From Eledone cirrhosa (lineage: Eukaryota): 64,000 bases of DNA. The notes beneath the pieces were generated by a model. That model ran no database searches. It saw nothing but the letters and a program-made list of their open reading frames with translations, and was not told where the DNA came from. The translations under genes and the position numbers were made by a program. Location of the stretch: contig OZ024744.1 in assembly GCA_964016885.1 (NCBI GenBank), positions 11,532,001 through 11,596,000 of the forward strand. The letters are read 5' to 3'. This document shows positions 1-14,500 of this stretch, piece by piece. Numbering within the stretch: position 1 is the stretch's first letter; each line of letters starts with the position of its first letter.

Positions 1-3000
1 CCAATATTTTTGTGCTGTTGTACTCCAATTTGTGTTGTTGTACTCCAATATGTTGTGTTGTTGTACTCCAATATGTTGTGTTGTTGTACTCCAATATGTT
101 GTGTTGTTATACTCCAATATGTTGTGCTGTTGTACTCCAATATTTCGTGTTGTTATACTCCAATACGTCGTGTTGTTGTACTCCAATATGTTTTGATGTT
201 GTACTCAAATATGTTGTGTTGTTGTACTCCAATATGTTTTGATGTTGTACTCCAATATGTTGTGTTGTTGTACTCCAATATGTTGTGTAGTCTTACTCCA
301 ATATGTTGTGTTGTTGTACTCCAATATGCTGTGATGTTGTACTCCAATATGATGTGATGTTGTACTCCAATGTGTTGTGTTGTTGTACTCCAATGTGATG
401 TGTTGTTGTACTCCAATATGTTGTGTTGTTATACTCCAATATGTTATGTTGTTGTACTCCAATATGTCATGTTGTTGTACTCCAATATGTTTTGATGTTG
501 TACTCCAATATGTCGTGTTGTTATACTCCAATATGTTATGATGTTGTACTCCAATATATTGTGTTGTTGTACTCCAATATGTTGTGTTGTTGTACTCCAA
601 TACGTTGTGTTGTTGTACTCCAATATGTTGTGTTGTTGTACTCCAATATGTTGTTGTACTCCAATATGCCATGTTGTCGTACTCCAATATTTCGTGTTGT
701 TGTACTCCAATATGTCATGGTGTTGTACTCCAATATGTTGTGTTGTTGTACTCCAATATGTTGTGTTGTTGTACTCCAATATGTTGTGTTGTTGTACTCC
801 AATATGCCATGTTGTTGTACTCCAATATGTTGTGTTGTTGTACTCCAATATGTTGTGTTGTTGTACTCCAATATGTTGTGTTGTTGTACTCCAATATGCC
901 ATGTTGTTATACTCCAATATGTGGTGGTGTTGTACTCCAATATGTCATGTTGTTGTACTCCAATATTTCGTGTTGTTGTACTCCAATATGTCATAGGGGT
1001 TGTACTCCAATATGCTGTGTTGCTGTACTCCAATAGGTTGTGTTGTTGTACTCCAATATGCTGTGTTGGCTGTGCTCCAATACGTTGTGTTGTTGTACTC
1101 CAATATGCTGTGCTGCTGTACTCCAATATGTTGTGTTGTTGTACTCCAATATGTTGTGTTGTTGTACTCCAATATGTTGTGTTGTTGTACTCCAATCTAT
1201 ATCGCTGTTGTACTCCAATATGTTGTGTTGTTGTACTCCAATATGTTGTGCTGTTGTACTCCAATATGTTGTGCTGTTGTACTCCAATATTTTGTGCTGT
1301 TATACTCCAATATGTTGTGTTGTTATACTCCAATATGTTGTGTTGTTGTACTCCAAAATATTGTGTTGTTATACTCCAATATGTTGTGTTGTTATACTCC
1401 AATAAGTTGTGCTGTTATACTCCAATATGTTGTGTTGTTGTACTCCAATATGTTGTGCTGTTATACTCCAATATTTTGTGTTGTTATACTCCAATATGTG
1501 GTATTGTTGTACTCCAATATGTTGTGCTGTTGTACTCCAATATGTTGTGTTGTTATACTCCAACATGTTGTGTTGTTATACTCCAATATGTTGTGTTGTT
1601 ATACTCGAATATGTTGTGTTGTTATACTCGAATATATTGTGTTGTTATACTCGAATATGTTGTGCTGTTGTACTCCAATATGTCGTGTTGTTGTACTCCA
1701 ATATATCATGTAGTTGTACTCCAATATTTCGTGTTGTTGTACCCCAATATGTAGTGTTGTTTATACTCCAATATGTTTTGCTGTTGTACTCCAATATGTT
1801 GTGTTGCTGTACTCCTATATGTTGTGTTGTTATTCTCCAATATGTTGTGCTGTTGTACTCCAATGTGTTATGTTGTTATACTCCAATATGTTGTGCTGTG
1901 CTACTCCAATATAGTGTGTTGTTGTACTCCAATGTGTTGTGTTGTTATACTCCAATATGTTGTGTTGATTTACTCCAATATGTTGTGTTGTTGTACTCCA
2001 ATCTGTTGTGTTGTTATACTCCAATATGTTGTGTTGTTATACTCCAATATGTTGTGTTGTTTTACTCCAATATGTTGTGTTGTTGTACTCCAATATGTCA
2101 TGTTGCTGTACTCCAACATGTCGTGTTGTAGTACTCCAATATGTTTTGATGTTGTACTCCAATATGTTGTGTTGTTGTACTCCAATATGTTGTGTTGTTG
2201 TACTCCAATATGTTGTGTTGTTGTACTCCAATATGTTGTGTTGTTATACTCCAATATGTTGTGCTGTTGTACTCCAATATGTCATGTTGTTGTACTCCAA
2301 TATTTCGTGTTGTTCTACTCCAATATTTCGTGTTGTTGTACTCCAATATGTCGTGGTGTTGTACTCCAATATGTTTTGATGTTGTACTCCAATATGTCGT
2401 GTTGTTGTACTCCAATATGTTGTGTTGTTGTACTCCAATATGCTGTGTTGTTATACTCCTATATGTTGTGCTGTTGTACTTCAATATGTTGTGTTCTACT
2501 CCAATATGTTGTGTTGTTATACTCCAATATGTTGTGTTGTTGTACTCCAATATGTTGTGTTGTTGTACTCCAATATGTGATGTTGTTGTACTCCAATATG
2601 TCGTATTGTTGTACTCCAATATATTGTGTTGTTATACTCCAATATTTCGTGTTGTTTTAGTCCAATATGTCATGTTGTTTTACTCCAATATTTCGTGTTG
2701 TTGTACTCCAATATGTCATGGTGTTGTACTTCAATATGTCGTATTGTTGTACTCCAATATGTTGTGTTGTTGTTCTCCAATATGTCGTGTTGTTATACTC
2801 CAATATGTTATGATGTTGTACTCCAATATATTGTGTTGTTGTACTCCAATATGTTGTGTTGCTATACTCCAATATGTTGTGTCGTTGTACTCCAATATGT
2901 TGTGTTGTTGTACTCCAATATGTTGTGTTGTTGTACTCCAATATGTTGTTGTACTCCAATATGCCATGTTGTTATACTCCAATATGTCGTGGTGTTGTAC

Positions 3001-6000
3001 TCCAATATGTCATGTTGTTGTACTCCAATATTTCGTGTTGTTGTACTCCAATATGTCATAAGGGTTGTACTCCAATATGGTGTGTTGTTGTACTCCAATA
3101 TGCTGTGTTGCTGTACTCCAATAGGTTGTGTTGTTGTACTCCAATATGCTGTGTTGGCTGTGCTCCAATACGTTGTGTTGTTGTACTCCAATATGTTGTG
3201 CTGCTGTACTCCAATATGTTGTGTTGTTGTACTCCAATATGTTGTGTTGTTGTACTCCAATATGTTGTGTTGTTGTACTCCAATCTATATCGCTGTTGTA
3301 CTCCAATATGTTGTGTTGTTGTACTCCAATATGTTGTGCTGTTGTACTCCAATATGTTGTGCTGTTGTACTCCAATATTTTGTGTTGTTATACTCCAATA
3401 TATTGTGTTGTTATACTCCAATATGTTGTGTTGTTGTACTCCAAAATATTGTGTTGTTATACTCCAATATGTTGTGTTGTTATACTCCAATATGTTGTGC
3501 TGTTATACTCCAATATGTTGTGTTGTTGTACTCCAATATGTTGTATTGTTGTTCTCCAATATGTCATGTTATACTCCAATAAGTTGTGTTCTTGTACTCC
3601 AATATGTTGTGTTGTTGTACTCCAATATATCATGTTGTCGTACTCCAATATGTCATGTTATACTCCAATATGTCATTGTTGTACTCCAATATGTCGTGTT
3701 GTTGTACTCCAATATGTCGTGCTGTTGTACTCCAATATGCTGTGTTGTTATACTCCAATATGTTGTGTTGTTGTACTCCAATATGTTGTGTTGTTATACT
3801 CCAATATGTTGTGTTGTTGTACTCCAATATGTCATGTTGTTATACTCCAATATGTTGCGTTGTTGTACTCCAATATATCATGTTGTCGTACTCCAATATG
3901 TTTTGATGTTGTACTCCAATATGTTGTGTTGTTGTACTCCAATATGTTGTGTAGTCGTACTCCAATATGTTGTGTTGTTGTACTCCAATATGCTGTGATG
4001 TTGTACTCCAATATGATGTGCTGTTGTACTCCAATGCGTTGTGTTGTTGTACTCCAATATGCTGTGTTGTTATACTCCAATATGTTGTGTTGTTATACTC
4101 CAATCTGTTGTGTTGTTATACTCCAATATATTGTGTTGTTATACTCCAATATGTTGTGTTGTTTTACTCCAATATGTTGTGTTGTTGTACTCCAATATCT
4201 TGTATTGTTGTTCTCCAATATGTCATGTTATACTCCAATAAGTTGTGTTCTTGTACTCCAATATGTTGTGTTGTTGTACTCCAATATGTTGTGTTGTTGT
4301 ACTCCAATATATCATGTTGTCGTACTCCAATATGTCATGTTATACTCCAATGTGTCATTGTTGTACTCCAATATGTCGTGTTGTTGTACTCCAATATGTC
4401 GTGTTGTTGTACTCCAATATGTTGTGTTGTTGTACTCCAATATGTTGTGTTGTTGTACTCCAATATGTTGTGTTGTTATACTCCAATATGTTATGTTGTT
4501 GTACTCCAATATGTCATGTTGTTGTACTCCAATATGTTTTGATGTTGTACTCCAATATGTCGTGTTGTTATACTCCAATATGTTATGATGTTGTACTCCA
4601 ATATATTGTGTTGTTGTACTCCAATATGTTGTGTTGCTGTACTCCAATATGTTGTGTCGTTGTACTCCAATACGTTGTGTTGTTGTACTCCAATATGTTG
4701 TGTTGTTGTACTCCAATATGTTGTTATACTCCAATATGTCATGTTGTCGTACTCCAATATTTCGTGTTGTTGTACTCCAATATGTCATGGTGTTGTACTC
4801 CAATATGTTGTGTTGTTGTACTCCAATATGTTGTGTTGTTGTACTCCAATATGTTGTGTTGTTGTACTCCAATATGTTGTGTTGTTGTACTCCAATATGT
4901 TGTGTTGTTGTACTCCAATATGTTGTGTTGTTGTACTCCAATATGCCATGTTGTTATACTCCAATATGTGGTGGTGTTGTACTCCAATATGTCATGTTGT
5001 TGTACTCCAATATTTCGTGTTGTTGTACTCCAATATGTCATAGGGGTTGTACTCCAATATGCTGTGTTGCTGTACTCCAATAGGTTGTGTTGTTGTACTC
5101 CAATATGTTGTGCTGCTGTACTCCAATATGTTGTGTTGTTGTACTCCAATATGTTGTGTTGTTGTACTCCAATATGTTGTGTTGTTGTACTCCAATCTAT
5201 ATCGCTGTTGTACTCCAATATGTTGTGTTGTTGTACTCCAATATGTTGTGCTGTTGTACTCCAATATGTTGTGCTGTTGTACTCCAATATTTTGTGCTGT
5301 TATACTCCAATATATTGTGTTGTTATACTCCAATATGTTGTGTTGTTGTACTCCAAAATATTGTGTTGTTATACTCCAATATGTTGTGTTGTTATACTCC
5401 AATAAGTTGTGCTGTTATACTCCAATATGTTGTGTTGTTGTACTCCAATATGTTGTGCTGTTATACTCCAATATTTTGTGTTGTTATACTCCAATATGTG
5501 GTATTTTTGTACTCCAATATGTTGTGCTGTTGTACTCCAATATGTTGTGTTGTTATACTCCAACATGTTGTGTTGTTATACTCCAATATGTTGTGTTGTT
5601 ATACTCGAATATGTTGTGTTGTTATACTCGAATATCTTGTGTTGTTATACTCGAATATGTTGTGCTGTTGTACTCCAATATGTCGTGTTGTTGTACTCCA
5701 ATATATCATGTAGTTGTACTCCAATATTTCGTGTTGTTGTACCCCAATATGTAGTGTTGTTTATACTCCAATATGTTTTGCTGTTGTACTCCAATATGTT
5801 GTGTTGCTGTACTCCTATATGTTGTGTTGTTATTCTCCAATATGTTGTGCTGTTGTACTCCAATGTGTTGTGTTGTTATACTCCAATATGTTGTGTTGAT
5901 TTACTCCAATATGTTGTGTTGTTGTACTCCAATATGCTGTGTTGTTATACTCCAATGTGTTGTGTTGTTATACTCCAATATGTTGTGTTGTTGTAGTCCA

Positions 6001-9000
6001 ATATGTTGTGTTGTCGTACTCCAATATGTTGTGTTGTTATACTCCAATATTTCGTGTGGTTGTACTCCAATATGTCATGGTGTTGTACTTCAATATGTCG
6101 TGTTGTTGTACTCCAATATGTTGTCTTGCTGTACTCCAATATGTTGTGTTGTTGTACTCCAATATCTTGTGTTCTTATACTCCAATATGTTATGTTGTTA
6201 TACTCCAATATGTTGTGTTGTTGTACTCCAATATGTTGTGCTGTTTTACTCCAATATGTTGTGTTGTTGTACTCCAATATGTTGTATTGTTTTTCTCCAA
6301 TATGTCATGTTATACTCCAATAAGTTGTGTTCTTGTACTCCAATATGTTGTGTAGTTGTACTCCAATATATCATGTTGTCGTACTCCAATATGTCATGTT
6401 ATACTCCAATATGTCATTGTTGTACTCCAATATGTCGTGTTGTTGTACTCCAATATGTCGTGTTGTTGTACTCCAATATGTTGTGTTGTTGTACTCCAAT
6501 ATGTTGTGTTGTTGTACTCCAATATGTTGTGTTGTTATACTCCAATATGTTATGTTGTTGTACTCCAATATGTCATGTTGTTGTACTCCAATATGTTTTG
6601 ATGTTGTACTCCAATATGTTGTGTTGTTGTACTCCAATATGTTTTGATGTTGTAGTCCAATATGTTGTGTTGTTGTACTCCAATATGTTGTGTAGTCGTA
6701 CTCCAATATGTTGTGTTGTTGTACTCCAATATGCTGTGATGTTGTACTCCAATATGACGTGCTGTTGTACTCCAATGCGTTGTGTTGTTGTACTCCAATA
6801 TGCTGTGTTGTTATACTCCAATATGTTGTGTTGTTGTACTCCAATATGTTGTGTTGTTGTACTCCAATATGTTGTGTTGTTGTAATCCAATATCTTGTGT
6901 AGTTATACTCCAATATGTTGTGCTGTTGTACTCCAATATGTTGAGTTGTTATACTCCAATATGTAGTGTTGTTATACTCCAATATGTTGTGTTGTTGTAC
7001 TCCAATCTGTTGCGTTATACTCCAATATGTTGTGTTGTTATACTCCAATATGTTGTGTTGTTATACTCCAATATGTTGTGTTGTTTTACTCCAATATGTT
7101 GTATTGTTGATCTCCAATATGTCATATTATACTCCAATAAGTTGTGTTCTTGTACTCCAATATGTGTTGTTGTTGTACTCCAATATGTTGCGTTGTTGTA
7201 CTCCAATATATCATGTTGTCGTACTCCAATATGTCATGTTATACTCCAATATGTTTTGATGCTGTACTCCAATATGTTGTGTTGTTGTACTACAATATGT
7301 TGTGTTGTTGTACTCCAATATGTTGTGTTGTTATACTCCAATATGTTGTGCTGTTGTACTCCAATATGTTGTGTTGTTATACTCCAATATGTAGTGTTGT
7401 TATACTCCAATATGTTGTGTTGTTGTACTCCAATCTGTTGTGTTGTTATACTCCAATATATTGTGTTGTTATACTCCAATATGTTGTGTTGTTTTACTCC
7501 AATATGTTGTGTTGTTGTACTCCAATATGTTGTATTGTTGTTCTCCAATATGTCATGTTATACTCCAATAAGTTGTGTTCTTGTACTCCAATATGTTGTG
7601 TTGTTGTACTCCAATATGTTGTGTTGTTGTACTCCAATATATCATGTTGTCGTACTCCAATATGTCATGTTATACTCCAATATGTCGTTGTTATACTCCA
7701 ATATGTCATGATGTTGTACTCCAATATGTCGTGTTCTTGTACTCCAATATGTCGTGTTGTCGTACTCCAATATGTTGTGTTGTTGTACTCCAATATGTTG
7801 TGCTGTTGTACTCCAATATGTTTGTTGTTGTACTCCAATATGTTGTGTTGTTATACTCCAATATGTTGTGTTGTTGTACTCCAATATTTCGTGTTGTTGT
7901 ACTCCAATACGTCGTGTTGTATTCCAATATGTTGTGTTGTTATACTCCAATATGTTATGTTGTTGTACTCCAATGTGTCTTGTTGTTGTACTCCAATATG
8001 TTTTGATGTTGTACTCCAATATGTTGTGTTGTTGTACTCCAATATGTTTTGATGTTGTACTCCAATATGTTGTGTTGTTGTACTCCAATATGTTGTGTAG
8101 TCGTATTCCAATATGTTGTGTTGTTGTACTCTAACATGTTTTGTTGTTATTCTCCAATATGTTGTGATGTTGTACTCCAATGTGTTGTGTTGTTGTACTC
8201 CAATGTGATGTGTTGTTGTACTCCAATATGTTGTGCTGTTGTACTCCAATATTTTTTGTTTTTTGTACTCCAATATGTTGTGTTGTTATACTCCAATATG
8301 TTGTGTTGTTATACTCCAATATGGTGTGTTGTTGTACTCCAATATGTTGTATTGTTTTCTCCAATATGTCATGTTATACTCCAATATGGTGTGTTCGTGT
8401 ACTCCAATATGTTGTGTTATTGTACTCCAATATGTTGCGTTGTTGTACTGCAATATGTTGTGTTGTTGTACTCCAATATGTCGTGTGGCTGTACTCCAAT
8501 ATGTCATGTTGTTGTACTCCAATATGTCTTGTTATAGTCCAATATGTCGTGTTGTTGTACTCCAATATATCATGTAGTTGTACTCCAATATTTCGTGTTG
8601 TTGTACCCCAATATGTAGTGTTGTTTATACTCCAATATGTTTTGCTGTTGTACTCCAATATGTTGTGTTGCTGTACTCCTATATGTTGTGTTGTTATTCT
8701 CCAATATGTTGTGCTGTTGTACTCCAATGTGTTGTGTTGTTATACTCCAATGTGTTGTGTTGTTATACTCCAATATGTTGTGTTGTTGTAGTCCAATATG
8801 TTGTGTTGCCGTACTCCAATATGTTGTGTTGTTATACTCCAATATTTCGTGTGGTTGTACTCCAGTATGTCATGGTGTTGTACTTCAATATGTCGTGTTG
8901 TTGTACTCCAATATGTTGTCTTGTTGTACTCCAATCTGTTGTATTGTTGTACTTCAATATGTTCTGTTGTTGTACTCCAATATATTGTGTTGTTGTACTC

Positions 9001-11463
9001 CAATATGTTGTGTTGTTGTACTCCAATATGCTGTGTTGTTGTACTCCAATATGTTGTGTTGTTGTACTCCAATATGTTGTGTTGTTGTACTCCAATATCT
9101 TGTGTTCTTATACTCCAATATGTTGTGTTGTTATACTCCAATATGTTGTGTTGTTGTACTCCAATATGTTGTGCTGTTGTACTCCAATATGATGTGCTGT
9201 TGTACTCCAATATGTTGTGTTGTTGTACTCCAATGTGTTTTGTTGTGGTACTCCAATATGTTGTGCCGTTGTACTCCAATATTTTTTTGTTTTTGTACTC
9301 CAAAATGTTGTGTTGTTATACTCCAATATGTTGTGTTGGTTTACTCCAATATGGTGTGCTGTTGTACTCCAAATCTCGTGTTGTTATACTCCAATGTGTT
9401 GTGTTGTTATACTCCAATATGGTGTGTTGTTGAACTCCAATATGTTGTATTGTTTTTCTCCAATATGTCATGTTATACTCCAATATGTCGTGTTGCTGTA
9501 CTCCAATATGTCATGCTGTTGTACATCAATATGTTTTGCTGTTGTACTCCACCGTGTTGTGTTGTTGAACTCCAATACGTTGTGTTGTTGTTCTCCAATA
9601 TTTTTGTGCTGTTGTACTCCAATTTGTGTTGTTGTACTCCAATATGTTGTGTTGTTGTACTCCAATATGTTGTGTTGTTGTACTCCAATATGTTGTGTTG
9701 TTATACTCCAATATGTTGTGCTGTTGTACTCCAATATTTCGTGTTGTTATACTCCAATACGTCGTGTTGTTGTACTCCAATATGTTTTGATGTTGTACTC
9801 AAATATGTTGTGTTGTTGTACTCCAATATGTTTTGATGTTGTACTCCAATATGTTGTGTTGTTGTACTCCAATATGTTGTGTAGTCTTACTCCAATATGT
9901 TGTGTTGTTGTACTCCAATATGCTGTGATGTTGTACTCCAATATGATGTGATGTTGTACTCCAATGTGTTGTGTTGTTGTACTCCAATGTGATGTGTTGT
10001 TGTACTCCAATATGTTGTGTTGTTATACTCCAATATGTTATGTTGTTGTACTCCAATATGTCATGTTGTTGTACTCCAATATGTTTTGATGTTGTACTCC
10101 AATATGTCGTGTTGTTATACTCCAATATGTTATGATGTTGTACTCCAATATATTGTGTTGTTGTACTCCAATATGTTGTGTTGTTGTACTCCAATACGTT
10201 GTGTTGTTGTACTCCAATATGTTGTGTTGTTGTACTCCAATATGTTGTTGTACTCCAATATGCCATGTTGTCGTACTCCAATATTTCGTGTTGTTGTACT
10301 CCAATATGTCATGGTGTTGTACTCCAATATGTTGTGTTGTTGTACTCCAATATGTTGTGTTGTTGTACTCCAATATGTTGTGTTGTTGTACTCCAATATG
10401 CCATGTTGTTGTACTCCAATATGTTGTGTTGTTGTACTCCAATATGTTGTGTTGTTGTACTCCAATATGTTGTGTTGTTGTACTCCAATATGCCATGTTG
10501 TTATACTCCAATATGTGGTGGTGTTGTACTCCAATATGTCATGTTGTTGTACTCCAATATTTCGTGTTGTTGTACTCCAATATGTCATAGGGGTTGTACT
10601 CCAATATGCTGTGTTGCTGTACTCCAATAGGTTGTGTTGTTGTACTCCAATATGCTGTGTTGGCTGTGCTCCAATACGTTGTGTTGTTGTACTCCAATAT
10701 GCTGTGCTGCTGTACTCCAATATGTTGTGTTGTTGTACTCCAATATGTTGTGTTGTTGTACTCCAATATGTTGTGTTGTTGTACTCCAATCTATATCGCT
10801 GTTGTACTCCAATATGTTGTGTTGTTGTACTCCAATATGTTGTGCTGTTGTACTCCAATATGTTGTGCTGTTGTACTCCAATATTTTGTGCTGTTATACT
10901 CCAATATGTTGTGTTGTTATACTCCAATATGTTGTGTTGTTGTACTCCAAAATATTGTGTTGTTATACTCCAATATGTTGTGTTGTTATACTCCAATAAG
11001 TTGTGCTGTTATACTCCAATATGTTGTGTTGTTGTACTCCAATATGTTGTGCTGTTATACTCCAATATTTTGTGTTGTTATACTCCAATATGTGGTATTG
11101 TTGTACTCCAATATGTTGTGCTGTTGTACTCCAATATGTTGTGTTGTTATACTCCAACATGTTGTGTTGTTATACTCCAATATGTTGTGTTGTTATACTC
11201 GAATATGTTGTGTTGTTATACTCGAATATATTGTGTTGTTATACTCGAATATGTTGTGCTGTTGTACTCCAATATGTCGTGTTGTTGTACTCCAATATAT
11301 CATGTAGTTGTACTCCAATATTTCGTGTTGTTGTACCCCAATATGTAGTGTTGTTTATACTCCAATATGTTTTGCTGTTGTACTCCAATATGTTGTGTTG
11401 CTGTACTCCTATATGTTGTGTTGTTATTCTCCAATATGTTGTGCTGTTGTACTCCAATGTGTT
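1..11463 (+). repeat. Block duplication: 1-1869 repeated at 9595-11463 (offset 9,594)
   Basis: Identical ORF translations at 423/10017, 536/10130 and 1000/10594; marker CTATATCGC at 1197/10791. Both copies share the extra-T variant CCAATATTTTTGTGCT (positions 1 and about 9595), which is one T shorter in other copies such as about 20313. Confidence 0.92.
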
Positions 11464-14400
11464 GTGTTGTTATACTCCAATATGTTGTGTTGATTTACTC
11501 CAATATGTTGTGTTGTTGTACTCCAATCTGTTGTGTTGTTATACTCCAATGTGTTGTGTTGTTATACTCCAATATGTTGTGTTGTTGTAGTCCAATATGT
11601 TGTGTTGTCGTACTCCAATATGTTGTGTTGTTATACTCCAATATTTCGTGTGGTTGTACTCCAATATGTCATGGTGTTGTACTTCAATATGTCGTGTTGT
11701 TGTACTCCAATATGTTGTCTTGCTGTACTCCAATATGTTGTGTTGTTGTACTCCAATATCTTGTGTTCTTATACTCCAATATGTTGTGTTGTTATACTCC
11801 AATATGTTGTGTTGTTGTACTCCAATATGTTGTGCTGTTTTACTCCAATATGTTGTGTTGTTGTACTCCAATATGTTGTATTGTTTTTCTCCAATATGTC
11901 ATGTTATACCCCAATAAGTTGTGTTCTTGTACTCCAATATGTTGTGTTGTTGTACTCCAATATATCATGTTGTCGTACTCCAATATGTCATGTCATACTC
12001 CAATATGTCATTGTTGTACTCCAATATGTCGTGTTGTTGTACTCCAATATGTCGTGTTGTTGTACTCCAATATGTTGTGTTGTTGTACTCCAATATGTTG
12101 TGTTGTTGTACTCCAATATGTTGTGTTGTTATACTCCAATATGTTATGTTGTTGTACTCCAATATGTCATGTTGTTGTACTCCAATATGTTTTGATGTTG
12201 TACTCCAATATGTTGTGTTGTTGAACTCCAATATGTTTTGATGTTGTAGTCCAATATGTTGTGTTGTTGTACTCCAATATGTTGTGTAGTCGTACTCCAA
12301 TATGTTGTGTTGTTGTACTCCAATATGCTGTGATGTTGTACTCCAATATGATGTGCTGTTGTACTCCAATGCGTTGTGTTGTTGTACTCCAATATGCTGT
12401 GTTGTTATACTCCAATATGTTGTGTTGTTGTACTCCAATATGTTGTGTTGTTGTACTCCAATATGTTGTGTTGTTGTAATCCAATATCTTGTGTAGTTAT
12501 ACTCCAATATGTTGTGCTGTTGTACTCCAATATGTTGAGTTGTTATACTCCAATATGTAGTGTTGTTATACTCCAATATGTTGTGTTGTTGTACTCCAAT
12601 CTGTTGCGTTATACTCCAATATGTTGTGTTGTTATACTCCAATATGTTGTGTTGTTATACTCCAATATGTTGTGTTGTTTTACTCCAATATGTTGTATTG
12701 TTGATCTCCAATATGTCATATTATACTCCAATAAGTTGTGTTCTTGTACTCCAATATGTGTTGTTGTTGTACTCCAATATGTTGCGTTGTTGTACTCCAA
12801 TATATCATGTTGTCGTACTCCAATATGTCATGTTATACTCCAATATGTTTTGATGCTGTACTCCAATATGTTGTGTTGTTGTACTACAATATGTTGTGTT
12901 GTTGTACTCCAATATGTTGTGTTGTTATACTCCAATATGTTGTGCTGTTGTACTCCAATATGCTGTGTTGTTATACTCCAATATGTAGTGTTGTTATACT
13001 CCAATATGTTGTGTTGTTGTACTCCAATCTGTTGTGTTGTTATACTCCAATATATTGTGTTGTTATACTCCAATATGTTGTGTTGTTTTACTCCAATATG
13101 TTGTGTTGTTGTACTCCAATATGTTGTATTGTTGTTCTCCAATATGTCATGTTATACTCCAATAAGTTGTGTTCTTGTACTCCAATATGTTGTGTTGTTG
13201 TACTCCAATATGTTGTGTTGTTGTACTCCAATATATCATGTTGTCGTACTCCAATATGTCATGTTATACTGCAATATGTCGTTGTTATACTCCAATATGT
13301 CATGATGTTGTACTCCAATATGTCGTGTTCTTGTACTCCAATATGTCGTGTTGTCGTACTCCAATATGTTGTGTTGTTGTACTCCAATATGTTGTGCTGT
13401 TGTACTCCAATATGTTGTGTTGTTGTACTCCAATATGTTGTGTTGTTATACTCCAATATGGTGTGCTGTTGTACTCCAATATTTCGTGTTGTTGTACTCC
13501 AATACGTCGTGTTGTACTCCAATAGGTTGTGTTGTTATACTCCAATATGTTATGTTGTTGTACTCCAATGTGTCTTGTTGTTGTACTCCAATATGTTTTG
13601 ATGTTGTACTCCAATATGTTGTGTTGTTGTACTCCAATATGTTTTGATGTTGTACTCCAATATGTTGTGTTGTTGTACTCCAATATGTTGTGTAGTCGTA
13701 TTCCAATATGTTGTGTTGTTGTACTCTAATATGTTTTGTTGTTATTCTCCAATATGTTGTGATGTTGTACTCCAATGTGTTGTGTTGTTGTACTCCAATG
13801 TGATGTGTTGCTGTACTCCAATATGTTGTGCTGTTGTACTCCAATATTTTTTGTTTTTTGTACTCCAATATGTTGTGTTGTTATACTCCAATATGTTGTG
13901 TTGTTATACTCCAATATGGTGTGTTGTTGTACTCCAATATGTTGTATTGTTTTCTCCAATATGTCATGTTATACTCCAATATGGTGTGTTCGTGTACTCC
14001 AATATGTTGTGTTATTGTACTCCAATATGTTGCGTTGTTGTACTCCAATATGTTGTGTTGTTATACTCCAATATGTCGTGTGGCTGTACTCCAATATGTC
14101 ATGTTGTTGTACTCCAATATGTCTTGTTATAGTCCAATATGTCGTGTTGTTGTACTCCAATATATCATGTAGTTGTACTCCAATATTTCGTGTTGTTGTA
14201 CCCCAATATGTAGTGTTGTTTATACTCCAATATGTTTTGCTGTTGTACTCCAATATGTTGTGTTGCTGTACTCCTATATGTTGTGTTGTTATTCTCCAAT
14301 ATGTTGTGCTGTTGTACTCCAATGTGTTGTGTTGTTATACTCCAATGTGTTGTGTTGTTATACTCCAATATGTTGTGTTGTTGTAGTCCAATATGTTGTG

Positions 14401-14500
14401 TTGTCGTACTCCAATATGTTGTGTTGTTATACTCCAATATTTCGTGTGGTTGTACTCCAGTATGTCATGGTGTTGTACTTCAATATGTCGTGTTGTTGTA
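5110..14500 (+). repeat. Partial tandem duplication with period 5,594/5,595 bp (about 5110-8900 repeated at about 10700-14500)
   Basis: ORF pairs 5773/11367, 6371/11965 and 7144/12738 (offset 5,594) and 8049/13644, 8180/13775 (offset 5,595). The copies differ by scattered substitutions. Confidence 0.88.

Noticed and set aside
1100-5870. Offset of exactly 4,000 bp as a sign of synthetic or artefactual sequence
   Set aside because: The copies differ by substitutions (e.g. GGTATTGTTG vs GGTATTTTTG, ATATATTG vs ATATCTTG) and the offset decomposes into 2,088 + 1,912. A round number among many offsets is plausibly chance.
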